Shown here: piece by piece, positions 26,084-38,973 of the stretch
Layout: the number at the start of each line of letters is the position of its first letter
How positions within the stretch are numbered: the stretch's first letter is position 1
Source: Octopus vulgaris
Taxonomy: Eukaryota
NCBI GenBank assembly: GCA_951406725.2
Contig: OX597842.1
Location: 19,778,001 to 19,842,000 of the forward strand
Reading direction: 5' to 3'
Length of the DNA: 64,000 nt
Made by a program: the position numbers and the translations under genes
The notes under the pieces: model-generated
Database searches by the model: none
What the model was told of the DNA's origin: nothing
The model's input: only the letters and a program-made list of their open reading frames with translations

Positions 26084-26416
26084 CTGAAATAAAGAAATCA
26101 GTTAAGAAGTTTGCTTCCAAATCATACGGTCCTGGGTTCAGTCCCACTACACAGCACCTTGGGAAAGTGTCTTCTACTACAGCATCAACCTTGTGAGTGG
26201 ATTTTCAAGATGGAAATTGAAAGAAGCCCATTCTATGTATGTGTGTGTGTGTGTATGTGTGCATGTGTATGTATATGTGTGTGTGTGTATATATATATAT
26301 ACATACACACTTGTGTGTTTCAAAGACTTGTGAGTGGATTTGATAGATGGAAACTAAAAGAAGCCTATTGTATGTATGTGTGTGTGTGTATATATATATT
26401 TATATGTATGTGTGTA

Positions 26417-26484
<68 letters not shown>

Positions 26485-26486
<2 letters not shown>

Positions 26487-27780
26487 AGCAACTTACCCAG
26501 GAATGTCATACCGAGTCTTACATGGAAACGGAGCTACAGATAAATTTGAAGTAAAAACAGGAGTTCGACAGGGCTGTATCCTTACTCCCTTTTTATTTCT
26601 ATTAGTTATAGATTGGATTATGAAGGAAACTACGATTGAAAGCCAAACAAGCATTGAATGGACGGATGTGGAAGCTGTAGAAGATCTCGACTTTGCAGAT
26701 GATAGGGGGCTGCTTTCACAAACATAGCCAAATGCAAAATAAAATGTCAAAATTAGAAGCAATAGCTGCCAAACTAGGATTGAAAGTCAACCTCAAATCA
26801 AAAATTATGCACGTTAATGAAGTAAACAATGAATGTATTAAACTAGAAACTGGTGAACTAGAGGATGTAGCCGAGTTTATGTATTCAGGTAGTAAGATAA
26901 CGTTTTCAGGTGGCACCAACGAAGATATTAAGGTGAGAATAAGTAAGGCAAGGACCGTTTTTCACCTGTTAAAGAAAGTATGGAGCGCAAGTGTAATTTC
27001 AATAAAGAACAAAATAACCTCTCGAAAGAGCTGTTTTTCACTCCTGCTCCAGAGCGTCGGCTGCGGGGTCACTCCGAAAAGCTCTATCTGTGACGATTTC
27101 ATCTCAATCGAAGGAGAGGGCCCTTCTCCATCCGGGTTGCGGTTCCCTGGAATAAGCTGCCGGACGAGATAATGAAGATGCCGACGACCGCTCGGTTCAA
27201 AGTCTCCCTTGTCCACAAATGGCCTGAACTCTTTGCATGAACACCACCCTGTACATAACTCCATGTCCCCCTACATGGCCTTGCTTTTTTGCTTTTTGAG
27301 CCCAAAAATTATCTTAACTTAAGTTAAAATTTTTAACACGAACGTAAAAGCGGTGTTATTGTATGGGGCTGAGACATGGCAAACAACAGTGAAATCAAAT
27401 AAGCAAATAAAACCATTCATCAACAGATGCTTGCGTAGTATACTTAAAATTAGATGGCCCAAACACATAAGCAATATGGAGCTATGGCAAAGAACAAATC
27501 AAGTTTCGATTAGGGAGCAAATATTTAAGAAAAAGTGGAAGTGGATTGGTAGCACAATTAGAAAAGACACACTAAATGTAGCAAAAAGTGTTTAAAGTGG
27601 AAACCGGTTGGATGTAAAAAGAAAGGTAGGCCTAAGAACTCCGTGGCGTAGATCAACACAAAAGGAACTAGAGAAAGGGGGACATTCATGGCAGAGTATA
27701 AGTACAGACGCGAAATATTATGCAACATGAAATTCAATTATGAGTGGCCAATACTCTGCGTTGGAGGGTCAAAGGTAGGA
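26485..27780 (+). mobile_element. RTE-clade LINE fragment carrying a nested CR1-type 3' fragment (about 27015-27300)
   Basis: GVRQGCILTPFLF, DLDFADD, RISKARTVF, LLYGAETW. The insert encodes an RRRG.FS.RVA.PWNKLPDEI-type CR1 C-terminus. Paralogous copies lie at about 30030-30620, 53730-55420 and 59478-60700. Confidence 0.9.
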
Positions 27781-28412
27781 AAGAAGAATATATTTACCAC
27801 TTTGGGTGATGTTATACTTTTGTGTCCTTGACAAACCTGTAAAGATGAAAACAAAAATTTTGATTTTTGAAAATTTTGAAGTCCATTGTGAAGATGGCCC
27901 CTCTACTTTCCCTCAACCAGGAAGGGCAACCAGTTTTTATCTGCTCGGGGCCCATGGCAAAGGGGATCATACAGTGGACATGTCTGAAAGGGCTGAAGAC
28001 CAGCAACTGCCATTTTGTCAAAACCCTAATAAACTTTTTCAGGTTTCACTTGAAGAGGAAAATCAGGGTGGAGAGGTAAGTGCTGGCTTCCAAGCAGTTT
28101 GTTGAAAGGTGGGTGAGAGGGGTGAGCATTACCTGAGTGAATGGGCCTTCTCTCAGAGTGTACCTGTATATTGGAGAGGAAAGACTGGGAGAGGGCATCA
28201 ACCCTGGTGGCCAGGGAGACCTTGGATTTTGTGGGCTTTCTTTATGTGTGGCCCTTCAAAGTCCCCCTTCTATCAGGGGTTTTACTTTGACTTTCTTTTA
28301 TTCATTGTATGACTTTTTACATGCTAAAACCCACACTGGACCCTCCCGAATGTTTTGCTTTGTGTTAGCCCTCTGTGGTTAATAAAGAAATTATTATAAA
28401 TCATTTCCTTAC

Positions 28413-28661
28413 TCTTTATCTTCAAATCAATTCTTCCAATATTAAGGTTGTCATCTTCGAATTTCCAAGTCGAACATTTCTTAGTTACTTTTCTGATCCA
28501 AAGCTTGGAGGTATCTCCACTATGTATTACTTTATAGTAAGGGCCATCAGCGCATGTCCTGTCACATTCATATTTATAATTCTGGCACTTCCAAACCACC
28601 GGTCGTTTCATATCAGATATTGTTATCGAAAGGGTGAGGTTTCTATTGAGCACAGCAGGTC
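28413..28661 (-). CDS. Gene A Ig-like exon A1 (249 bp, phase 1-1)
   Basis: Same splice sites as A2. (x)PAVLNRNLTLSITISDMKRPVVWKCQNYKYECDRTCADGPYYKVIHSGDTSKLWIRKVTKKCSTWKFEDDNLNIGRIDLKIK. Confidence 0.88.
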
Positions 28662-28939
28662 CTGAAATAAAGAAATCAGTTAAGAAGTTTGCTTTTCAAT
28701 CATACGGTTCTGGGTTCAGTCCCACTACACAGCACCTCGGGAAAGTGTCTTCTACTACAGCATCAGCCTTGTGAGTGGATTTTCAAGATGGAAATTGAAA
28801 GAAGCCCATTGTATGTATATGTGTGTGTATATATATACATACACACTTGTGTGTTTCAAAGCCTTGTGAGTGGATTTGATAGATGGAAACTGAAAGAAGC
28901 CCATTGTTTATATATATGTATATATATATATATATATGT

Positions 28940-29320
28940 AAATAGAAAATTATTATTTCTAAGTCCCTGAATGAGAAACATTCAGTAACATTACTCGAGA
29001 GTAAGGATTATTTGCCAGCATAATATGGCAGTCCTAGTTAGGGTGATTGTTACTGTTATCTAGCCCTAGGAAACACTGCCTCCAGCTGGGTATATGACAC
29101 GCTATCTATGTCCTATGGGATGCTAAACTCCCTTGTTTGAAAATATAAGGATGCAGCAAGTGTGTCATATAGCCTGCTGGAGACGATATTTCCTAGGGCT
29201 AAGGAACAGTAACAATCGTCCTAACCAGGACTGCCACATTATGTTGGCAAATAATCTCTACCCTAGAGTACTGTTACTCAATGTCTTTTGTTCAGAGATT
29301 TAGAAATAATTTTCTATTTG
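28940..29320. repeat. Palindromic element inside the duplicated unit (also at about 52160-52540 and 58733-59112)
   Basis: Imperfect inverted arms of about 165 bp: AAATAGAAAATTATTATTTCTAAG... and ...TTAGAAATAATTTTCTATTT. Confidence 0.8.
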
Positions 29321-31219
29321 TTAGATCAGAGACTTTGTGTCACTTTGGAAAGTATATATTTTGGACAAGAGTTTAGTGGAGTCATCTGTAGCCGAGCAGT
29401 TATTCTGTGCTGATGAAGGGAAATAACCCAGAGACCATTGGTATGCAGATAGATGATGTTTCCTAAGACTAAATTTACAGTATCATTCGTCCTAACCAAG
29501 ACTGCCACATTATGTTGGCAAATATATATATATATAAGTTCAGCAAAAATTTAGATTCAAATGAATATGGTACTTAATTTAGATGCACCAGAATTTTGTA
29601 TGGTGTTATCCATAGAAATCCGTGGGGTGATTATAATGAAAATAAGCAATAAGAATGACTCCGGTAATTTGGTACGATCGTTTCGTACTACATCATTTTA
29701 TTAAATTTTGTAAGTATTACAACAGTTTTAAAATACTGAGCACTCATCAGCCAATTATAGAGGTTTTCTGTTAATACAAACATTTTCATATCACGTGGCA
29801 ACATTATAGAGAAGGTAGATATATAGACAAAGATGTGGATTTAAATTTTAAGAACGTATGATGTAGTGGAACAACCAAATCTTAGTACCTCATATGTTCT
29901 TAAAATTTAAATCCACATCTTTGTCTATATATCTACCTTCTCTATAATGTTGCCACTTGATTTGATAACTTTTTTATTAATGGAAAGCCTCTATAATTGG
30001 CTGATGAGTACTCAGCATCTTATAGAGGGATTAGGCTATTATCAGCTCCCGGAAAAGATTTTAACAGGATACTTTTAGAGATGATGAGGACAGCAGTAAA
30101 GAAGAAGCTGGATTTAGGAAGAACCGTTCATGTGGAGATCAAACCGCCACTCTTGGTATCATTGTAGAGCAAAGCGCAGAGTGGAATGCACTCTATCTGC
30201 GACAATTTCATCTCAATTGAAGGAGAGGGGCCTTCTCCGTCCGGGTTGCGGATCCGTGGAATAAGCTGCCGGACGAGATAGTGAAGATGCCGACGACCGC
30301 TCGATTCAAAGTCTCCCTTGACCACAAATGGCCTGAACTCTTTGCATGAACACCACCCTGTACATAACTCCATGTCCCCCTAAATGGCCTTGCTTTTTTT
30401 GCTTTTTGAGCCAAAAAATTAACTTAACTTAGCTTAACTTGGATATAGAAAGAAAGGTAGGCCTAAGAACTCGTGGCAGAGATCAACAAAAAACGAACTA
30501 GAGAAAGGGGGACATTCATGGCAGAGTATAAGTACAGAGGCGAAAAATTATGCAACATGGAATTCAATTATGAGTGGCCTATACTCCGCGTTGGAGGGTC
30601 AAAGGCAGGAAAGAAGAATATATTTACCACTTTGGGTGATCTTATACTTTTGTGCCCTTGACAAATCTGTAAAAGACGAAAACAAAAATTTTTGATTTTA
30701 AGATGAAGTAATTCAAAATAATGTGAATAAATGAACATTACATTTCACAGTAATTTGATTGCTAAAGGATTAAACCAGCCATATCTGTTTTATGTTCTAA
30801 GTGGCTGGGTCCAGCCCCTCACACCTACCCTACAATGTCAGTCTAAAAATAAACAATCACATCATCAAAATGTCAAAACTACAAGATAACGAATGATTAA
30901 TTCAAAAACCAAGTCTAAATGAGCATTACATTAAACGGAATAAACTGATTGCTAACGAGTTAAAGTAGCCATACCTGGCACAAAGATTCTACCTGTTTCG
31001 TGTTTAAACTGGTAATGGGTCATCCTTTTACACCTGTCTTACAATGTCATTCTAAAAATGAACAGACAAGGACTGCTATGTAAAGAAGTGCTGATCTTTA
31101 ACTGCGGAGGCAATCTGTGGAAGAGGTGGACCCTGAAAGGTGCAGGACAAAACGGTGGAACATGAGGGCTTTGGATGTTGAGGCTGACATGTATTGATAA
31201 GTGACTGCGACTGCCAAAA

Positions 31220-31400
31220 AAAAACTCATATTTCTCAGAAACTGAAAAAATTTGTTCTGAAGGAGTGTAAAATGTTTGGGTTCTCCCCAGGAAATATTGG
31301 AAACATAAATGAAATTCCCACGTATTTCGATAAACCAGGAAACACTACAGCAGACACAGAGGGAAACGAAGCTGTTAAAGTAAAAACATCTGAGAATTTA
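31220..31400 (+). mobile_element. pogo/Tigger-like transposase fragment
   Basis: IGNINEIPTYFDKPGNTT...GNEAVKVKTS resembles the IGNMDETP.FD.P...G.K.V..KTT motif. Confidence 0.55.
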
Positions 31401-31419
31401 TTAAATAATGACGGGTTGT

Positions 31420-32483
31420 GGTTAAGAAAACGAAGATCATGTCAACAGCAGCCACAACAAACATCAGCATCAAGATCGATAACGAAGAGATCGAAGTGGT
31501 TGATCATTTCATCTTCCTTGGCTCCAAAATAAATCGAGATGGTGACTGCACTCCAGAAAAAAGATGGCGGATGGATGGAAGCACTCCGTCGGTTACGACG
31601 ACGAGGGTTCCGGTTGATCTGATCGACGGAACAGCCTGCTCGTGAAATTAACGTGCAAGTGGCTGAGCACTCCACAGACACGTGTACCCTTAACGTAGTT
31701 CTCGGGGATATTCAGCGTGACACAGAGAGTGACAAGGCCGGCCCTTTGAAATACAGGTACAACAGAAACAGGAAGTAAGAGTGAGAGAAAGTTGTGGTGA
31801 AAGAGTACAGCAGGGATCACCACCATCCCCTGCCGGAGCCTCGTGGAGCTTTAGGTGTTTTCGCTCAATAAACACTCACAACGCCCGGTCTGGGAATCGA
31901 AACCGCGATCCTATGACCGCGAGTCCACTGCCCTTACCACTGGGCCATTGCGCCTCCACAAGACGGCGGATAGTACTAGGCAGAGAGGCAATGGTCAGCA
32001 TGAGCAGGGCCTGGAAGAGTAGAGACATCAGACTCGCTACCAAATGCAGATTGGTGAATGCAATTGTCTTCCCAATAGCAACATATGGATGCGAGACCTG
32101 GACACTAAAGAAAGCTGACCAGAAGAGAATTAATGCATTCGAGCTTTGGTGTTGGAGAAGACTTTTACGGATTCCATGGATAACGAGGCTCACCAATGGA
32201 GAAGTTCTTAAGCAGATCAGGCCAAAAATGTCACTAGAAGCTAGGATCACCAAGCATAGATTGGCATATTTCAGTCATATTATGCGGAGAAAATCCCTGG
32301 AGAAGGACATCATGCTTGGAATGGTCAGTGGCAAGAGAGGAAGAGGCCGACCAAGAACCCACTGGCTTGACACCATCAAGAGTGATACTGGAATGAACAT
32401 AGCCAATCTGAAAAAGCGACCCAGGATAGAACTGACTGGAGGACACTGATCCATCGAGTGACCGAGAGTCGACTTTGACTGAG

Positions 32484-32520
<37 letters not shown>

Positions 32521-32735
32521 TTTGGTCATATGATGCGGAGAAAATCCCTGGAGAAGGACATCATGCTCGGAATGGTCAGTGGCAAGAGAGGAAGAGGCCG
32601 ACCAAGAACCCACTGGCTTGACACCATCAGGAGTGATACCGGAATGGACATAGCCAGTCTGAAAGAAGCGGCCCAGGATAGAACTGACTGGAGGACACTG
32701 ATCCATCGAGTGACCGAGAGTCGACTTTGACTGAC
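31420..32735 (+). mobile_element. RTE (BovB-like) LINE 3' region, 3' end duplicated (about 32515-32735)
   Basis: VVDHFIFLGSKI, IVFPIATYGCETWT, AFELWCWRRLLRIPW, GKRGRGRPR..WLD.I. Confidence 0.9.
31573..31959 (-). mobile_element. Full-length SINE family 2 inserted in the RTE
   Basis: 12-bp TSD AAGA(T/C)GGCGGAT at 31561-31572 and 31960-31971; tRNA-like head. Confidence 0.92.
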
Positions 32736-33529
32736 CGGATAGATAGACAGTGGTTTTGAAAGATAGTGGGTGATTCTCAAAGACAGTACCAAGATTAGTG
32801 TTGTATGGGGTGGGTGATGGGTATGAGGACTCACTGTTAATTAACCAGGGTGGGATATAGGGAATGTTTTGGGACCTGAGGTTCTGTAAATAAGTTGTTA
32901 ATGAGGCAGATAATTTATAAAGTTAATCCAAACATGAAAGCACAAAAAAAAACACAACACGAGGACATGGAACAAATATAGTATTATTGGACGCTCAGGA
33001 AAGAAGGAGGGTTTAATGTTTCGAGTGGAGCTCTTCATCGGAAACAAATGAGAAGGAAAGATCAAGAGAAGGGAAGACAGAGAATTTATAAGTGGGATTG
33101 TGGTGGAAAATCATGAATTTTGGAAATTTTCTTGCATAAGATGCATCAACAAAATTGGGAAAATCCCTACCAAAACAAAGAAAATCCTCCTTATGTGAGT
33201 GACCCCATTCCAGACCCCTGTGCACCTGAGTAAGTTTGCCTTAACAAAAATAAGTTATGGAAAGAAATTAAATAAAATATAAATAAAACTTACAGAGAAA
33301 TGTTACAAACAATAAGCAGAACAAGATCCATTTAGCCATGATCTGAAAAAATAATTTTCAAAAGCTGCAAAATAACAAAGTTTATAGCCCAGGGTCCGAG
33401 GCTGGTCAGGCTGAGAAAAACAAACAGTCAAAATGTCATCAGTCACTCTTTAATAGATTTATGGTCAAGCCTGTGGCATTGGAGATCTTATTCTTAACTA
33501 TTTCGAATACTACAGAACGCTGTACAGTA

Positions 33530-34018
33530 GAGACAAGTGCAGTTTGAACCAGGTTGGTATCAAAAGGCTTAAGAATTGTTTCTCTATTATATATTTGTCG
33601 AGATGTTCTGTGTTTCTTTCAATTAATTCTAAATATAACAAAGATCTTAGAAAAATAACTTAGTTACCATTTAGCTAGTGTAAGTAACATAAATTGCGAC
33701 TAAGGTTTGGCGGAAGATTTTAATTCAAAACTTATGAAAACAAGACATTTGTACTACAGAGCCAGAGCTGGTTTTAGTCAGGTTGGTAATGAAAGGGTTA
33801 AGAATTGTTTCTGTCGAGATGCTCTGTGTTTCTTTCAATTATTTTAAATATAACAAAGACTTTAGAAAAAATAACTTAGTTATCATTAAGCTAGTGTTAG
33901 GAACATAAATTGTGACTAATGTTTGGTGGAAGATTTTAATGCAAAACTTAAGAAAACAAGACATTTGTACTACAGGGTCAGAGGTGGTTTCGGTCGGGTT
34001 GGTAACAAAAGGGTTAAT
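33530..34018 (+). repeat. Tandem units of about 220-230 bp ending in AAAGGGTTAA (piggyBac-type MITE end)
   Basis: GGTTGGTA..AAAGG(G/C)TTAA at about 33572, 33801 and 34018. Confidence 0.5.
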
Positions 34019-35963
34019 GTAAAATTTGAAGAGAGACAGATTTAAACTTTGCACTGTTTCTGCCCCCCCCCCTTTTAGTTTTATCAATTACTATACAACA
34101 CTAAAGCAACTGCATTTTTTGTCTCATTCTTTCTTCTTGATGAGTGAAAACAAATACCAAATTACAGGTATTTGTATAATTGTGGCTTTCCAGGTAGAAT
34201 CCTGGTTTAAACAGTCCTTATAATTTCAGAAAATTTTTGCAACACACACAAATGAATATGATTATTGAAAAGACAGCATGGTGTTTCACTTTCTGGATCA
34301 TAAAATGAAATATCATCTTAATCATTAATTCAAGCGAATCAATGTCAGAAAATAGCATATCGATATATTACTGATGTTCACCTTAATTTTACGAAATAAT
34401 CTTTAATATATATCTTGTGTTTTTATTACAATAAAAACCAATATTTACAACAGAATCTCTTCTTTTTGGACAAACCTTATAGTTGTGGCTGGATGCAATT
34501 GGAAGTTTCAAAAACCAACTGGGAAATACAAACAACGAAAAGAACTTAGTTTCTGAAAGAAAAAAAGAAAAGATATTATTTCAAAAGTTTTACTGAAAAG
34601 GTACTGATTTTTAAAAAATTCAAAAAGTAAAAAGGTTATGAGGGGTTATATGGGGTACTTAAACGAAAATTCCACCAAAAATCAAATTTTAAAACCAGTT
34701 TTTTTTAACAGCATAAATGCTTTGATGGGGATAAAAATATTGAAAAACATTGAATACAGGTTAGAGCGAGGAAGAAACAAGAAAGGTGGTTGTGGGATGT
34801 GTTAGAAACAACAGGCAGATCTCCCTTAAATGACACACCTTTCTTTACTCATAACTTTCTGACAAATGGATATTAATGGATATATTGGAATTTGTTGTGA
34901 AAAAGTTTTCCGAGGGTGGGGCGAAAAGTTTTGGAAAATTCACATCAGTCGGCTTTATTTCCTCATAACTTTTGGAAAAATGGATATTTCTTTAGTGGAA
35001 TTTTCAACAAATATCATTCGGATTGTGAAGGTGACGATTATATCAGAATTTAATATGTAAACAAAATTTGTGGGCTCACACACATACATAATTACATACA
35101 CATCGTGAATTGAAACTTGAAATTTTGATAGCACAATGTTATATCTGTCAGTATGTGTGTGTGTGTGCAAACCTATCATATTTTTTTTTTCATAATAGAC
35201 TTCAATATTACTCTTTGCTCTTTTACTTATTTCAGTCATTTGGCTGCGGCCATGCTGGAGCACCGCCTTTAGCCGAGGAAATCGACCCCCAGGACTTATT
35301 CTTTGTAAGCCCAGTACTTATTCTATCGGTCTATTACGTACATGTATATGAAAGATAAGGAGTGTAGATGTGTGTTTGGGTGTGATTAACTAGAAGTAGA
35401 TACAGCTGAATAGGGCGTGGTTGCGCGTACATCCGTTTTCTTTCATAAACAGGGACACACATCTTTTACTTTCTCCTCCTCTCACTCAGAAGCAAATATC
35501 GCCTTCCACTCATCATCAAAATAAAAGAAAATAAAATAATTTTTTACGGGAATTAACGAACAATCCGCTGATCAAATTCGACGCTTCTGCAGCCAAAGCC
35601 GAAAGATTTCCAGACGTAATTCTTCAGTTTGGGTAAACAACGTCAGTCACTGACACAAACTTCTCTTATGGCACAAACGAAGAGGCGGTACTACTTGAGT
35701 ATAGACGTCACGGTGCGCACTTGTGTAGTCATGACTAGTCGATCCATACTTTGAGTTTTATTTACTTTGATTTTAAAAAATTCACTAACACTAACCCTGA
35801 CCCTACTTTTAGCCTTTCGTCATTTTTTCTTCATTGATAAATTAATTTAATTGTTACGCGTGTGTCTAAAATTATTCGTTTTGTTTTGAGACTCACGTGT
35901 ATTGTTTAAACTATTTTCCATTGCTTAAGAAAGAAAAAAACCCAAAGCAATGGAAAATAATTT

Positions 35964-37755
35964 GGTTAATATAGGGCGTTACGATTATCAGAAAATCAAA
36001 AAAAAAATGTGTGTAATAGGTGTAAAACAACTTCCTATGAACGAATAGGAAAAAAAAAATTCGCGCACACGAAAGGGGGGTGGGGGAGAGGCCTCGGAAA
36101 ATTCACATCGGGAAGTTCCGAAAGTGTCTGAGGAGCTGACCCGGGCACCAAAACAAAAAAAAAATAGTGTAATATGTGTAAAACAACTTGCTCTAAACGA
36201 ATATGAAAAAAAAAATGCGCGCTCGCGAAAGGGGGGTGGGGGAGAGGCTTCGGAAATTTCACATCTTCAGTCCACGGCCTTTAAACTAAGAAAAAATAGT
36301 GTAATTGGTGTAAAACTACTTGTTCTAAACGAGTATCAAGAACACACACTCACACATGAATCATAAACTCCGTATTTCGCAAAAAAAAAAAATAAAGAGA
36401 AGAAATTCTGGAAAAAGTGAAGAAATGTTGGATCTCATTCCTTGGTTAAAGCTATTTTAAACATTAAATTTATGCTTTTCTTTGAAATAGTTCAGATATA
36501 TGCAATTCTTCTCACTTATTAAGATGCATTTATCAGAAAAAAAGAGACAGAAAAAATTATTATTTTGTGTCAATCCTTCCCTAATTATCCTTTATTAATT
36601 AGTTTTGGCGTGTATTTTTTTCCCAAATTTATTTTTTCACCTTTACAACACTGTTTAGTAAAGCAATTAATTATCTTTATAATTTGCATATTTGACTTAT
36701 TAATCAAAATTCTCTAGATGTAATATATACTAAGTAATGCATCCTTCATTTATGTGTTCCGTTCTGTATTATGCATGCGTGACTGTTTGTATGTAAGTGT
36801 GTTTAACTGTGCACATGAATGTGAATATTAAAGAACATATTTATTTACTATGATTGTTATTTTCAGAACAAATAAATCTTTTGGCTGTTATGTTATTGAT
36901 GTTATTATTATTGCTAGTTAAAGGGCGGTGACTTGGCTGAATATTTTGAGTCTTGTAGTATGTAGTTGTGTTAGTCAATATTCTGAGTTCAAATCCAACT
37001 CATTTCTTTATCATCATTATCGATGGACCACTCAAAGAGGTATGTATACATTATCATTTTCGTAACATAATTTCTGTAGTATTTCAAGATGTTTCTGACA
37101 CGTATTTTGATTCACATGGCGGAGATCCAACATTTCTTCACTTTTTCCAGAATTTCTTCTCTTTATTTTATTTTTTTTTGCGAAATATGATTTTATGATT
37201 CATGTGTGAGTGTGTGTTCTTGATACTCGTTTAGAACAAGTAGTTTTACACCAATTACACTATTTTGTTCTTAGTTTAAAACTAAAGATGTGAAATTTCC
37301 GAAAGATGTGAAATTTCCGAAGCCTCTCCCCCACCCCCTATCGCGAGCGCGCATTTTTTTCATGATAGTCGTTTAGAGCAAGTTGTTTTACACATATTAC
37401 GCTGTTTTTGTTTTTGTTTTTGTGCCCGGTTCAGACGCCTTCGGAAATTCCCGATATAAATTTTCCGAGGCCTCTCCCCCACCCCTCTTTCGCGAGAGCG
37501 CATTTATTTTTGTCATATTCGTTTAGAGCAAGTTGTTTTACACATATTACACTATTTTTTTTTTGTTTTGGTGCCCGGGTCAGCTCCTCAGACACTTTCG
37601 GAACTTCCTGATGTGAATTTTCCGAGGCCTCTCCCCCACCCCCCTTTCGCGTGCGCGAATTTTTTTTTTCATATTCGTTCATAGGAAGTTGTTTTACACC
37701 TATTACACACATTTTTTTTTTGATTTTCTGATATTTATTACGCCCTATATTAACC
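35964..37755. mobile_element. Foldback/MITE-like element, about 1.8 kb, with long inverted arms containing tandem sub-repeats
   Basis: 35964 to about 36440 is the inverted complement of about 37125-37755 (GGTTAATATAGGGCG...CGCCCTATATTAACC). The centre is AT-rich and non-coding. Confidence 0.85.
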
Positions 37756-38221
37756 GAAAAATGGATGCAACGAATACTGCTTAAATGCTGTGGTTTTCAA
37801 CCAGGGTTCCGCGGAACCTTAGGCTTCCGTCAGTACAGTCCAGGGGTTCCGCAAGCTGTTACAAAACTGCTAAAATCGACAGTAATTTTTAATTCTCCTG
37901 TACAGATATGTGTGCATAATAAGTCAATTAAATTATTGCACAGGGGTTCCTCGAGCCAGTGGAATGCTTCCTTGGGGTTCCGCTCCAGCAAAAAGGCTGA
38001 AAAGCACTGGCTTAGATGCTGTGGATTCAGAGGGAGTGATAGGGAGATAGAGGGATGGAGAAGGTGAAAGAGAGGGAATATGGGTGTGTGCGTTTTCTGT
38101 ATTTACATTATTGGTAAATGAAGTGGAGAGAGAGAGAGAGAGAGAGAGTGTGTGTGTGTGTGTGTATAATGGGGAATAGAGGGAGGGAGAAGGTGAAAGA
38201 GAGGGAATATGGGTGTGTGTA

Positions 38222-38597
38222 TCTCTCTATATATAAACGGCAGTTTGTCTGTGCGTGTTTCTGTGTGTCTGTTTGCTTGTACCCTCACCCCGACCACGGC
38301 TTTCAACCGATTCTGATGAAACTTGACACACACATAGCCCAATGTCATAATTCAAAACTAACTTAGCGAAAATTTTGAAAAGTTTCCCCAGTTCTGAAAA
38401 AAATCGATAAATTCGACATGGGGTCGAGAATCGGAAACACGAACCACAAACTGTCTAGGGGACGCAACTCCATCCTTTTTTTACTCTCAAAAAAATATTT
38501 ACCATCATTTTTTTCCTATTTTTTGGCTATAACTCTCTAAAAATGCTTTATAGTTATTTCCCTTACAAACCTGAGCAACGCCGGGCGATACTGCTAG
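38222..38597 (+). mobile_element. Non-autonomous Helitron
   Basis: A|TCTCTCTATATATAAA...CC.GAGCAACGCCGGG hairpin...CTAG|T. Confidence 0.8.
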
Positions 38598-38629
38598 TTT
38601 TAAAACACACACACACCCGAATACAGGCA

Positions 38630-38973
38630 CTCTTTACCTTGTTTCAGTCATTTGACTGCGGCCATGCTGGAGCACCGCCTTTAGTCGAGCAAATCGACCC
38701 CGGGACTTATTCTTTGTAATCCCAGTACTTATTCTATCGGTTTCATTTTTGCCGAACCGCTAAGTGACGGGGACGTAAACACACCAGCATCGGTTGTCAA
38801 GCAATGCTAGGGGGACAAACACAGACACACAAACACACACATATATATATATACATATATACGACAGGCTTCTTTCAGTTTCCGTCTACCAAATCCACTC
38901 ACAAGGCATTGGTCGGCCCGGGGCTATAGCAGAAGACACTTGCCCAAGGTGCCACGCAGTGGGACTGAACCCG
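38630..38973 (-). mobile_element. SINE family 1 (5' truncated)
   Basis: Family-1 consensus. Confidence 0.88.

Noticed and set aside
25746-26147. ORF-track proteins starting MGLNPG... or MCMYIH... (also 51551, 58187, 63465) as single-exon genes
   Set aside because: Their N-termini are SINE or microsatellite sequence and their C-termini are intron read-through. Only the 249-bp AG-GT bounded part is supported.
27806-28382. Recurrent plus-strand ORFs (MAPLLSLNQEGQPV..., MNGPSLRVYLY...) in each duplicated unit
   Set aside because: They recur only because the intron is duplicated. Stops differ between copies and no domain is recognisable.
31781-32449. 222-aa ORF as a host gene
   Set aside because: It is a chimera of antisense SINE sequence and an RTE LINE C-terminus.
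33190-33226. Possible linker exon (C)AQGSG... completing the signal peptide of gene A
   Set aside because: The polypyrimidine tract is poor and there is no suitable phase-1 donor before an in-frame stop.
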